From contig OY253688.1 in NCBI GenBank assembly GCA_958009085.1, positions 248,001 through 312,000 of the forward strand: a stretch of DNA of 64,000 bases, in the 5' to 3' direction. Positions within the stretch are counted from its first letter, which is position 1, and every line of letters starts with the position of its first letter. Of the stretch, positions 12,301 to 24,310 are shown one piece after another. The notes under the pieces are model-generated. The model worked only from the letters and a program-made list of their open reading frames with translations, was not told where the DNA came from and did not search any database. The translations under genes and the position numbers were made by a program. The stretch is from Protoeuglena noctilucae. Its lineage: Eukaryota.

Positions 12301-14929
12301 CGGCGCTCCTCCCCTCCCCCTCACGCCGGCAAAGCAACAGGCCCTGCAGAGCGCCCCCCAGGCCCCTCAGCGTCTGCAAGGCCCATCGCAGCGCAGGCGC
12401 CAGCGTCGAGGGTCGGAGGACGGCGATTGACACGGTGGCATCGATGGACACGCCCACAGGAACGGTGCAGAGAGCTGCCGTGGGCGCTGCGAAGGACACG
12501 TCGGGGTCAAGCAGGGACACACCCCCTGTAGCTTGCGCCAGGCGGCGTTTTATAGCGTTTTCCCAGCCGCGGACGTAACTTTGGCGAAGCCTGCTGGACT
12601 GAGCTTCCATGGCATGCCGGCGCTGCTCTGCCTCCACCCTGCATGCACAGCAGCTCATGCGGGTGAGGACCGTGCGCTCAAGCACGCCAGCCACCTCCCC
12701 TGCCCCTTCACTCACCGGCTCTGCGCCTCCCGCGCCGCCTCCTCCTCTGCCAGCCTTGCCACTGCAGCAGTCTCTGCCGCCCGACGCTCCAGCTCTGCTG
12801 CGGCCGCCTCTGCCCTGGCCTCAGCCTCCGCGACATCGCGGCGCCTCTCCGCCTCTGGGTCCTCGCTCACGCGGCGCGGCGCGTCGGGGCCCAGAGATCC
12901 CGACGCCGGCATCATCAGTGACGAGAGACTCCAGTGCGCCGCATGCACCGGCACTGCCGCTGGAACGTGCGCCAGGGGAGCGGAAGAGGCAACCATGCCA
13001 TTGCCTGCGTTCGAGGCCTCCTTGACGGGCTGCCCCCCACCCACGCTCCCCGTGCTGAGCAGACCATTGCTCACGCCGTTCCTCAGGGCCGTGCCCGCCG
13101 CCTCCTCCGTGTCCTCATCGGAGCTCTCGCTCGACGAGTCGCCAGGTCCCCTGGTGAAGATGCCCCCGATGCGCATCGCACCGCGCCCCGGCCGCGAGCT
13201 CCTCCCTCCTCGCCCAGCGACGCCGCGCTTTGCTGTTGCGGTCAGCATGGGACGGATGCCCCCTTCCTGCGCCTCGCGAGCCCTCTCCGCCGCCGCCAGG
13301 TCCCGGACAATGGCGATCATCGACTCCTCGATGTTCACCCCCTGCTTCGTGAAGAGCTTCCGCATCAGGGACTCATCGCCCTGTGCTTGGTCTCCACGCG
13401 CCCTGTCCACTTCCGGCGATCCCTCTGGCGTTGCGTCCTCTGGCGTCCCCATCTCTGCCATCTCCTGCCTCCACCGCGCCGCCCTCTCAGAGGCCGCCGA
13501 CAGCACCGCGGCGTGGCCCTCGGACAGTCCCCCCGTGGGGATGCACTCCGCGCGTGTGGGTGCGGGGGTGCCCGACACGGGGCCTCGGATCGCGGGCGGT
13601 CCGCTGGCGCTCAGCCCGTCCGCCAAGACGCCCCCCGCAGCCCTCTCCCGGGTGCGCCCCGTGTCTTCCGCCTCAGAGTCGGAGTCCGTCCACAGAGAGT
13701 CTGCCGGCGGCAGGTCTGCGCGGCTGGGGAAGGACCCCGCCACAACGACGCCCGCCTGAGGAGGTCGGGAGCAGATGACAGGGATGTCAGCGGAGGCAGC
13801 ACTAGGTGTGCGGACTCGCCCGGCATGATGTGTGCACCCCCCATCACGCACCTGCAGCCTCGCAATGAGGGCGTCCAGGTGCCCCTCCCAAGGCGCAATC
13901 GAAGCCTCCAAGTCGAGGCGGCGCGTCGCAGGCATGGGTCCCGGAGGCACGCGACCCTCCGCTTCCTCCGCCAACAGCTCCGCGAACTCTCTCTGCGTGC
14001 ACCTCACGGACGGCATGCTCCCTCCGCTGCACGTTTGGGCGACGAACTCTCCCCGGGCACCCCGCTAGACACCCACGGTGCATCGCAAAACAGCCGCACC
14101 TCGGCAGCCTGCATCTGCGGCCACGCCGCCGCCTCGTCCGCATCCACCGGCCCGAGGCCCTGCTCCTCCAGCGCCGGGGGCCGCCGGTCGCCCGTCACCA
14201 TGCGCCCGGCAGCGCCCGACAGCCACGATTTACCGGGCGAGGTCATGGCTGATCCAAACCCACCCCCCCGCCTATCCAGCTCCCCCTCAGAGAAGCGGTG
14301 CGCACGTGCGGCTTCCTCGGCCTCATCACCCGAGTCGCCCTCCTTTGTAGCGGGGGACGAGACGTCATCGTCCGAGTCCGGCCCGCACATCGCAGAGGCC
14401 GTGGCCACCGCAGCAGAGACCTTTTCCGGGACATCAGCCCCTGCGTTAGGGTCGTAGTCCGGGTCATACGAGTAGCTCACCCCCAGGGCCGTGACGCCTC
14501 CCCGTGTGGGTGGCTGAGAATGGCTCCCGCCAATCGTCCCACTGCGGGCGCGGGGATCGCGGGCAGTTGATCAGAGAGGCCAGCAGCGCATCACCGTGCC
14601 GCCACGCTTTGCCCTTCCCACCTGCTGCGGAGCTGTGGGAGCGTCTCGTCATCGGATGAGGAGAACGAAGAGCCCCGCTGCCATCTCCGGGCGTGCGCCT
14701 CGATCGTCGCGTTCGCGACCGTGCGGGAGGGGAGGTCCATGTCCAAACCGCTAGCTTTAATTGGCGACGTCTCGATCGCTGCGTTCGTGCCAGGGCGGGC
14801 ATCGTACACGTGCTTCGTGAAGATGATTTGCGGCATCCCGGCGTCCGAAGCCTCCGATTCGCTGTCACATTCGACCATGGAGGGGAGCACCTCCATGGCC
14901 GGCCACAAAGGGCCTGCATCCGCCCCCAT
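9341..14929 (-). CDS. Large protein with a disordered acidic N-half and several degenerate NDK-like domains; DNAAF8/Daap1 (C16orf71)-like
   Basis: Consecutive same-strand exon ORFs 14591-14935, 14004-14480, 12712-14016, 11723-12715, 10462-11742 and 9341-10414. NDK-like segment VGLDVVGLRTVY...ALRTWRSALGPSAPDLARHTDAQSVHARIA...ARELSALFGG. N-terminus GPLWPAMEVLPSMVECDSESEASD...IIF. Confidence 0.6.
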
Positions 14930-15183
14930 TTCCACCAGTCAACGGCGCGCCCGAATCCAGCTGGTGGCTGGAAGCAACCGCGCGTCACGGCACCCCAACA
15001 AGCTGCCCGCTTTTGGCGCGGTGAAACGTAAGTTCTCCTGTAAGTTTTCCAGCTGCCATCGTACGCGTGCGTCTCTCTCGGCCTAGTCTCGTCCCATGTG
15101 ACGCTGCTCTGTCGCTTAGAAGCTGAGTGAACCGGGGCCGCCGATTGCAGGGTCTTTTCTCTCCAGGGAGTCGGGGATAGAAA

Positions 15184-16245
15184 ATGGAGGGCTACAGCCT
15201 CGCTGGGACGTTCTGTGTCGTGACAGGAGGGACGAAAGGGATCGGCAGGTCCCCGTGGAGTGGGTCTCTAGTCGCAGATTGCGACTGCCTGCTGAATGAG
15301 ACGGCTCGCAACGAAGCGCACGCATCGAGTCCGCAGGGCCGTCGTGGAGCACTTCTGCGAGCTGGGTGCCGAGGTCCTCACGTGCTCGAGGAAGCAAGAG
15401 AACGTCGATCAGTGCATGTCGGATTGGAGGGCCAAGGTGACGAGATGGCTCATGAGAGTGTCGCGGGTCACGTGCTGTGGGGTTCGTACGTTCCCTTCCC
15501 TGTCAGGACGCATTTTGTGCATCCGGCTGTGCTGCGCAGGGCCTGAAGGTTCACGCGATGGCGGCTGACGTGTCGACGAGCGAGGGTCGCCAGGAGTTCG
15601 TGCGGAGGGCCGAGCAGCTGGCACCAGGTGGCATCCACGTCCTCGTGAACAACGTGGGCACCAACATCCGCAAGCCGTGCGAGTCCTACGCCGACGACGA
15701 CCTCCGGCACCTCCTGTCCACCAATCTGGAGAGCTTCTTCTGCCTCACGCGGGACTGCTCCGCCCTGCTCAAGGCTGGCAAGGGCTCCGTCGTCTTCGTG
15801 AGCAGCGTCGCGGGGGGGCCGCTCTCGATGGGATCCGGGGTCATCTACGCCATGACTAAAGCGGCCATGAATCAGCTGACCCGCAACTTGGCGGTGGAAT
15901 GGGGCAAACACGGGGTGCGGGTCAACGCGGTGGCGCCTTGGTACATCGAAACTGACTTGGCGAACCAGGTTTTGAAGGACGAGGAGTTTCGCAAGAAAGT
16001 GGAGGCCGCCACGCCCTTGGGGCGCGTGGGGTGAGCTCGGTAGCGGGTGTCGGGCCATGCGCTGCCCATGGCGACTTCCCCTGCATGCGAGCTCACCCCG
16101 CTCTTGCCCCGCCACCTGCAGTGTCCCGCAGGACGTGGCTTCGGTCGTGGCGTTCCTGGCCAGCCCCGCTGCAGGGTACGTGTCGGGCCAGGTCCTGCAG
16201 GTTGACGGCGGGTACAGCGTAAAGGGTTTCTGGCCACAGCTCTGA
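15184..16245 (+). CDS. Tropinone reductase-like short-chain dehydrogenase/reductase (4 exons)
   Basis: Motifs VTGGTKGIG, LVNNVGTNIRKP, catalytic YAMTK, RVNAVAPWYIET, TPLGRVG and YVSGQVLQVDGG. Confidence 0.93.
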
Positions 16246-16314
16246 CGGTCCAGGGCCTCGGCATAGGTCATGGTCGTCTTGACGAACAGCGCGGTTCCGC
16301 TTCAGACATGCGCG

Positions 16315-17899
16315 TTACTCGACACCCATGGTGTCGTCCACCGCAATGGCATGCGCTAGCTGTTGGTCCCCGAGCCACTCCCGGTCCAATGTCTGGCCTT
16401 TCTCCATCGCCGGCGCCCACTTGCCGTCCAGGCGTAACTCCCACAGCGCCACGGACGCGTCCTCCAGGCAGCACGCGAGGTCCAGGCCAAACGCATCCCA
16501 CTCCACCTTCCACGCTGCGGGCACAGGCGCACGCTGCTTTACCTGGTTGACCAGTAACTGACGACGCAGGCGCTGCCATCGCGTGACACCCGTGGGCACC
16601 TGCTGCCGGGACGCTGATCTCCTGCAGCACCGACGCCTCGAGCTTGTCCAGCGATCCTCGGACTGCCAGGATCAGGACCCGCTCCCCCTGCGCCACCGCC
16701 ACCGTCTCGAAATCCCGGCCAAAAGACCCCGCCCAGTCCACGGCAGTGCACGGGCCCACCGCGAACGAGCTCGCACGCAGCCAGGAGTTGGCGTTGTGGT
16801 GGAAGAACCAACACGAGCACGACCCCCCCGCCCCCGCGAGGTGTGGAGGTGTCGCCGTCCTGTAGGAAACCGTGTGGGTCCGGCAGTCAGACTATCACAG
16901 ACGCCAGCATGCATGCGTCGGCTCACGCAGCCAGCAAGCGCACCTTGGCTCCGCCGGTGACGTGGCACACGCCAAGGTCGGCTGCGCTGCGTCTCCGTGC
17001 CGCTGGGGCCTCCAAGCTAGACCCGTCACTCGATCGGGGCCCATAGCGCCACCAATCCCGAGACCAGGGCTGAGAGTACCCGTGAGGCCCCAGGACAGGG
17101 CTGCCCCGGGCGTCCGGGGCTGGTATGTTCTGCAAGGGCGCGAGTGCCGTGACATCCGCGAGAGAAGCCGCCCCCTGGCGTACGCTCCAGCGAACGCAGC
17201 GGCATCAACCTCACCTCACATACCCATCACGGAAACCCACCGCAAGCCAGGGGCCGTGCGCCGCCGGGGCAAAGGCCATGCACGTGGCCTCCGTTGCCGC
17301 TTCGTCGCACGCGCCCGTGAGCGACCAGGCCGTATCGCCCGCGTCCACCGGGGACCGCTCCCACACAGCCACCGTCCCGTCCGCGGCTCCGGCCGCCAGT
17401 ACGTCCCCGACCACTTGGGGCACCCATGCGGTGCATGTGACACGATCCCCGCCGGGCATGGCAGCGTCGAAAGTCGCCCGCCATCCGGAGTCCCCGTGTC
17501 TGCGTATGCGTGATCGATGCGGCCTCTGAGTCGCTGGGACCCGAGGCGACAGCTACGCCTGCTGGGCCCAGCATGACGGCGCCGTACCCGAGGTTCCCCG
17601 AGCGAATTCGGACCGTATCGTCGCCGACCGCCGGGGCCTCTGTTTTCTCGTAGATCACGACGCGACCGGAGGCGGTTCCGCAGGCCATCATCGTGCGATC
17701 GGGGTTCATCGAGACTGCGCGCAGGGGGAACGGAAATGGCGGCGCATGCTTTGATCCCCACGCGCCTCCCGGCCTTCCCCGGGGACGATGAACACATACC
17801 TGTCACAACATCGAGCTGGTCCGGCCCAGTGTTGACTGGCCGTGCGGTGGAAGGGGCGGGCGTGGGGGCCACTTGAGGTCCCCGCGTATTCGTGGTCAT
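16315..17899 (-). CDS. WD40 protein, SEH1/SEC13 family (probably nucleoporin SEH1)
   Basis: WD segments VTCTAWVPQVVGDVLAAGAADGTVAVWE, CMAFAPAAHGPWLAVGFRDGYVR, VDWAGSFGRDFETVAVAQG and WKVEWDAFGLDLACCLEDASVALWE. Start is approximate. Confidence 0.72.
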
Positions 17900-18738
17900 T
17901 GCGCCCGAGCGCGCAGGTGAGGTCACAGCTGGGCGCGAGGAAGGCGGTGAATGCAGAAGACCGGCGGGGAGGGCGCGAATGCGACCGAGAACGCTGCGGT
18001 AAGTGTGGATGCGGGGGACCCGGCCCTGCCTGCGAGCTCCATGCACTACGTGCTCCCCGTGGACACTGTATCTCAACATGGAAAGCCTTAGGCTGCTCAA
18101 TCGCGCACGGCGACGTGAACTCTGACACATCTGACGGGCCCGGCTCAGTCCACCACCCAAAATCACCAGCCGCCCAGCATTCAGGATTGGCAGAAGATCC
18201 TTCCCTGACGCTGGATCCGCTGGGGAGGCCACAGGCGGGCCGAGGATGGTGTTCGGCACACAAGCGGTGCTAGCGGTGTTCAAGCGGACGGGCGGCAAGA
18301 ACTGGCCCATACGAAAGGTACCTTTAGCTGTCGTTGATGTGTGGACGGCGTGATGGCTCGACAACACTCTCAGAGAAGCCTCACCACCAGCAAGCGTCTT
18401 TTACGCAGCTTACGCAAACGCGTAAGGAGAACATCCGGGAAAAGGAGCGGCTCGTGCAACGGTAAGCGCTTAGTTGCGTGCTATGGCCGGCTGGTCCCGC
18501 GCCGCGGCGCAATGCGGCGCCTGTAATACACGCTCAAACTCCACGCAGGAACGTCGAGGCGCTGAAGCGCGCGGCCGCCAACGAGCCCGTGCAAGGACAT
18601 ATGACTGGATCGGCAGGGATGGCAGGCAGCCCTGGTAGGTGGACTGGGTGGGCGCGTCTCGTCTTTGAGCGCGGCACGCAACATCACCTGCAAGCGCCCT
18701 GCACCCTTTCCGTTTCAGACAAGTGAGCGCCGGGTCTG

Positions 18739-19570
18739 ATGGTGCATCCGAAGGTGCTGCGGCAGCAGCCCATCACGGTCGACCTCTTCGTGACGCTCCT
18801 GGCCCTGCGGCGCAAGGCCCTCGAGGAGGTGCACGTCGAGGCCGAGAGGGTCCTGTGTGGAGGAGATCCGCGCCCGCTGGCCCTGCTCGGCGCGCCGAGG
18901 CCAGTGGTCTGCGTGCAGCTCGTGGCCCGCGGCCGGCAGGTGCACGCCGTCCTTCGCGTGCTCTACGACCCGGACCTGGACCTGGACGCGCACGACAGGG
19001 CCGTCTCTACAGGGCCCACGCGGCCCTTGGCGGAGGGTTCCCAGCCCCACTCTCGTATCGGGCGAGGCGACGGGCACGCCCATCACTTCGGTGAGCTCCC
19101 CATGGGTCGAAGGCCGTCGCCAGCGCCTTCTGGCGACGCGAGCGCGGACAATCAGGGCGAGGAGGGCGGCGACGACGAGTGGGAGGAGGAAGGGCCGGGT
19201 CAGTCCGACACGGAAGTGGCGGAGCTGGAAGCGGAGCTCTCCCGGCTTGTGCAGGACATGGAGGTGAGAGCGCGAGGGCATCAGGCGTGCGCCAGACTCG
19301 TTACGTGGTGGCTTCAGGCCCATGCCAGCAAGTGTGTCTTGCCCCTGGCAGGAGCGGGAGGGACTGGTCGAGGAGCTACGGGCCGGCAGTGCTGCTCGGC
19401 AAGAGCGCATGGAGGCCATCACGGGGCGGCTGGACTCCCTGGGCGAGCGCTATTCGGAGCTGATGGTGGAGCTCAAGGGGGTCCTGGCGAGGGACGACGG
19501 GGCGTCCGGCGGGCCCCCGTGCCCGAAGCTGGGGGCGGCACCTCAGGACCACCTCGGCGGGGAGGGATGA
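18739..19570 (+). CDS. Hypothetical protein with an acidic linker and C-terminal coiled coil (2 exons)
   Basis: Codon-biased ORF MVHPKVLRQQPITVDLF...AELEAELSRLVQDME, then a GT-AG intron (~19264-19351) to EREGLVEELR...LGGEG*. No family recognised. Confidence 0.65.
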
Positions 19571-19884
19571 TGGACTACCAGGGACAGGCGGAGAAACGGC
19601 CCAGGGCTTTCTAGCCCGCTGAGCCACAGCCGGGGAGTAGACGACCACTTCCTGAGCAGCGTGCCTTGCATGGGGGTCCGGGCTAGCGCTCCCGGCCCTT
19701 TCCCTGCGTTGTTTGAAACGCGTCAGTGTTTCATGCGGGCGTGGCCGGACCCGTCCCCGCCGCGACCCCCACGGCTCAGATCCTGCGGTCTCTTGGCGAT
19801 CGAAGCGCGCTCGGGGTGTCTGCTGTCGAGGGGAGGGCGTAGAACGACTGCGCGACTGCGCCGGCGGGTCGGGACGGGTGGGGA

Positions 19885-21171
19885 ATGCAGCAGGGCGACA
19901 ACCGGGGGGGGGCTAAGAAGCACCCCCTGGAAAATCGCTGGGTGTTGTGGTTCGATGACCCCGAGATGAAGAAGCGGGGGCGGGAGCAGGACTGGGGCGC
20001 GTCCCTGAAGATGGTGTACGGGTTCGACACGGTGGAAGACTTTTGGTGGTGAGAGTGGCATCTGCGATGCCCAGGGGCCGATGCGCGGGGCTCGGGAGGG
20101 CGGCTGCAATTTCCACACAGAAATGACACGGTGCCCAACGCCTGCGACGCGCCTGTTCTCTTACGTGCGTTACTATGAGCGTCCGCGGGGCCTCTCGGAG
20201 CCTCGCAGGCGCAAGAGCTGCTCGCGGGGCGCCGTGGTTGCACGCGCACGCCGCTGCTGGCCCTGTGCCGCCCAGAGGCGATGCGCGATTGCGTAGACCG
20301 CTGCCCATGCAAGTTGTGTGCTTGGGGATGGCAGGCTGGGCGCCCGGGTGGCACGAGCCCGAGTGACGGGGGCACACCCTCGGTCGTCCCCGCAGCCTGT
20401 TCAACAACGTCGTCCAGCCATCGCAGCTGCCCATCTGGGCGGACATGCACTTGTTCCGGGACGGAATCGCGCCCAAGGTGATGCCGCGGCGGCGCTGGGC
20501 GACGGGCAGCGTGCCACGGCTGGCCGCGCTGCCGCGCCGCCCAGGACGAGCACGCCCCCACGCGAGCCGCTCGTCGCCGCTGCAGTGGGAGGATGTGGCG
20601 TTCAAGAAGGGAGATGAGCAGCACGGCGGCAAGTGGACGTGCATCATTAAGGAGCGCAAGATCATGGACGAGTACTGGCTCAACACGTGCTTGGCGCTCA
20701 TCGGGTGCGCGGGTGGGGGCAGCGCGAGGCGGGGTTGGCAGGTATGCCGTCCCTGCGACCGTCCGTGTGCCGCTCGCCGGTGCGCAGGGAGCAGTTCAAC
20801 GAGCCGGCGGAGATTGCTGGGGTGGTGGTGTCGGTGCGCAAGCAGGTGGCGAAGATCTGCTTGTGGACGCGCACGGAGCAGAACCAGGCGGTGCAGACGC
20901 AAATCGCCATTCAGTTCAAGAAGGCAAGGGCCTGGGGCCCGGGAGCGCTGAGTGGGAGCGGGAGGAGGGTTTCTTCGCGGGTAGCAGCATCGCTTCATGA
21001 CGTGCCAAGAGATGCAATCCATGGCATGCCTCGTCTGGAGGCCATTTTGCAACGAGGTGTCCATCGCCTTGTGCCCCTCAGGTGCTGGACATGAACGAGA
21101 GCGAAAAGATTACCTACCAGACGTTCAAGGATGAGCTGGACAACGAGCGCAAGGACTTGTACATCGTCTGA
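19885..21171 (+). CDS. eIF4E: Eukaryotic translation initiation factor 4E (class I type), 5 exons
   Basis: [73 protein letters not shown] and KICLWTR. Stop at 21169-21171. Confidence 0.96.
20924..21081 (+). other. GC-AG intron in eIF4E
   Basis: AAG|GCAAGG...CTCAG| joins QFKK to [12 protein letters not shown]. Confidence 0.8.
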
Positions 21172-21611
21172 AGCGGCCGCGGCTCGGGATGGCCCAGGGA
21201 CGGCACGTTGGCTGTTCATCATGGGAGGCCATGCGCAGAGGGACGGAGGGACGGACGGCAGGCCTCGGGGGTTCTGTGCAAGCAGTGCGAGACCTAGCGC
21301 GCTCTGTGCACCTATACGCATCGTGTGCCCCGGACAACGGCGTTGAATGGATCAAGTGGGTTCACTTCTGGCATGGGGCAAAAGCGCATGTCAGCATCAA
21401 TGTGAAAGAGGCAGCGTCCGTAGCAGTCATCTACAAGCCATCTTGCCACGCGCCTTGCAGCGGTGGCAGGGATTGAGACTGAGCAACTGAGTGAGAACCT
21501 TTTGCCTTTTCTGCCCTTCCTCTTCCTCTGACCCGCTTCTTTGCGGTTCTCCAATCCATCGGCTTTTTGATTGATAGTCGTCGTCAGGGGGAGGCGCCCT
21601 ACGCGGAGGCG

Positions 21612-24195
21612 ATGGTGCAGACGACGGGGACGGTGGCAGCCGTCACGAATTGCCGAGTCCCCGCGTGCTGCCTCGACCCCGGCCTTCCCGGGCTAGAGTC
21701 CCTGTTTGAGACGGATGACGAGGGGCTCGTTAGATGCAGCATTACGGTGGAGGACGGCTTGGTAGCGGACATCCGGCCCGAGACGGGGACCACGGACCAT
21801 GGGAAGGGCCCAATCCTTCGCGGTGAGCCGCACATCCATATATGTGCTCCCCCTTATGACTGCTTTCGGGGAAGGGCGGCGTTATTGGGCCAGCGATGCC
21901 GAGCCGGTGGCCTTCTGTGGATTTGTCGTCGAGTCGTCAGTCGAAGCCCGGCGTTGTGCTCTCGCTTGCAGAGACGGGTGGCGTCTTGATACTTGACGCT
22001 CAGCGAGGCATCCTCTGCCCAACATTTGCGGACCTGCACACCCACATCGACAAGGGCCACACGTGCGAGCGGAGCCGCAACCCCATGGGGTCGCTCTCCG
22101 GCGCTGACGCCTCGACCGCTCAGGCGAGCCAGCCACCGTTGTAGTACACCAGCCGGTCGCCCGTGCCCCGCCCGTCAGGCCACGGGCAACCCCGCCCGTC
22201 ACGCAGGACTCCAAGTACTGGAACGTGGAGGATGTATACCGCCGCATGGACTTCAGTCTGCGGTGTGCGTATGCGCACGGGACGAGCGCCTTGCGCACCC
22301 ACCTCATCAACATCACGCCCAAGCAGGTCGCGCTCACGTGGCCCGTCTTTGCGGCCCTGCGTGACCGATGGCGCGGGCGGGTGGAGCTGCAGGGCGTGTC
22401 TCTGCACGTGCTGAGCTTTTTCCGGGATGTCGCGGCGGCCACCGACCTCGCTGACATCGTGGCCCAGCACGGCGGCATCTTGGGGTGAGCTGAGCTCGGT
22501 GCGGCCCGGGTGCCCGGTCTGCCCCGCACGGCTGCAAGGGCGCGGCGTCGCGTTCCGCAGGGCGGCCGTGTGCTGTGGGGACGCGGGAGGCCTCCCCGAG
22601 GACGACTGGACCACGTGTGACGGGGAGAGGGACGCGCTCCTCGACACCATGTTCCGGCTGGCGAAGGAGCGGGGCCTGGACCTCGACTTCCACGTCGATG
22701 AGAACGGCAACGAGGCCGCGCGGGGGCTGAGGGACGTGGCGCGCGCCGTCCTGCGCCATGACTTCCACGGCACCGTCGTCTGCGGGCACTGCTGCTCGCT
22801 CATGTCCCAGGCGCCGCGGGACCAGCAGGAGACGCTGGACCTGTGCCGCCGCGCGGGCGTCACGCTCGTGTCCCTGCCCTTGGTGAACGAGTGGACGCAG
22901 GACCGCCACCCGGGCAAGACTCCCCGCTGGCGGGGGGTCACGGCGCTGCACGAGATCCGCGCGGCGGGGGTGCCCATCGCGCTGGCCAGCGACAACAGCC
23001 GGGACCAGTTCTATGGGTACGGGGATCTCGACATGCTCGAGGTCTTCGTTGAGTCCGTGCGGATCGGGCAGCTGGACCGCCCCAGCGTGGCGGCGTGGGC
23101 GGAGAGCATCACGCGCGTGCCACACGAAGCCATGGGCCTCACGGGTGGGGTCATCAGGTGAGGAGGCGTGGAGAAGGGCCGCAGAGGCCGTCTCTGCGTC
23201 AGAGCTTTACGGCTGGCGAAGCAGGAAGCGGCGAGATGAGGCTGCTGCCCCTGCCACGCAGGGTGGGTGGCAGGGCGGACTTCGTGCTCTGCCAGGGGCG
23301 CCGGTACAGCGAGCTCTTGTCCCGGCGCATGGTCCGCCGGCTGGTGATCCGCGGCGGAGTTCTCATCCGCGCGCGGCTTCCTGATTACTTTGAGATCGAC
23401 TACGACCCCTCACGGGGCTCCTACTTGCACCAGGCGAACCCCGAGGCGCTGGAGGGACTCCAGGAGGTGGCCAAAGACCTCGGCGTCCAGCCGTGGGACC
23501 GCACGCTCGGGGGCCGGTTCCCGGAGGGCCAGGGCGAGATGGACTCGTACTGCAGCCACTGCCTGCAGGAGGAGTGCGCGTGCCAACAGTGCATTGCCGT
23601 CCGCCGCAAGTCGAGCCTTGGTAACTTCGTGATGGATTTGCCAGGCCTGGACGAGGGGGAGAGCCTGGAGTGCCCGAGGTGTGGGCAGGCTGTGAGCCTC
23701 GCGTTCACTCGGGAGGTCACCGCGGCGCGCCCGTCGTACGGCGTCGCGATCGCCAGTGCTGTGACGGCCCGGACAGCCCCCTACGACACGGTCTCCAATG
23801 GTGAGCTTGGAAGGGTACTGACACGGTATGCATGTTGGTTGGCATGTTGGATGGGGCCCCCGTTGCAACTGAGACTGCACGAACAGGACGAGCGCTGCTC
23901 TCTCGCAGGTCACAGGAAGGTTGCGAATGGCATCTACCACGGCGACCGCAAGATCGCCACCCGGGACAGCTCCCGCAAGTCCAGCGACGACGCGCTTGGC
24001 CTGGGGCGCAAGAACTCGTTTGACTTCTGGCCCGACGGGCTGCCCGATAGGCTGCCACTGCCACGATCGATGCCGGAGGAGGGTTTCCACGTGACATCCT
24101 GGTTCAGCGCAGCTGCACCCTCGGCGTGGGTCTTGCTGGGGGCCGTCATCGGTGCATGTGCTCTCCAGGCCTACCGCAGCGGTTGGCCGCGCTGA
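21612..24195 (+). CDS. Cytosine/pterin deaminase-like metal-dependent amidohydrolase with a C-terminal Cys-rich and TM extension
   Basis: PTFADLHTHIDKGH (HxH), RMDFSLRCAYAHGTSALRTH, LDLDFHVDE, VVCGHCCSL, TPRWRGVT, IALASDNSRD, YGDLDMLEV and YSELLSR...LPDY. Confidence 0.9.
22124..22206 (+). other. GC-AG intron in the deaminase
   Basis: CAG|GCGAGC...ACGCAG| joins ASTAQ to DSKYWNVEDVYRRM. Confidence 0.82.
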
Positions 24196-24310
24196 GCATC
24201 GCGGACCTTTTCGCCGGAAAATATCATACCATAGCATCATCGCAGCACTACCCTCGCAGGCAACTGTAGTCTCAGTCACTCTCTCTCAACCTCCTCGGTG
24301 TTGATCCCCT

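Noticed and set aside
18724..18726. In-frame TGA as a selenocysteine codon
   Set aside because: There is no redox motif context (no CxxU or UxxC) and no convincing SECIS downstream of the gene.
20049..20395. Longer first intron of eIF4E as a snoRNA host
   Set aside because: I found no box C (TGATGA)/box D pair or H/ACA structure.
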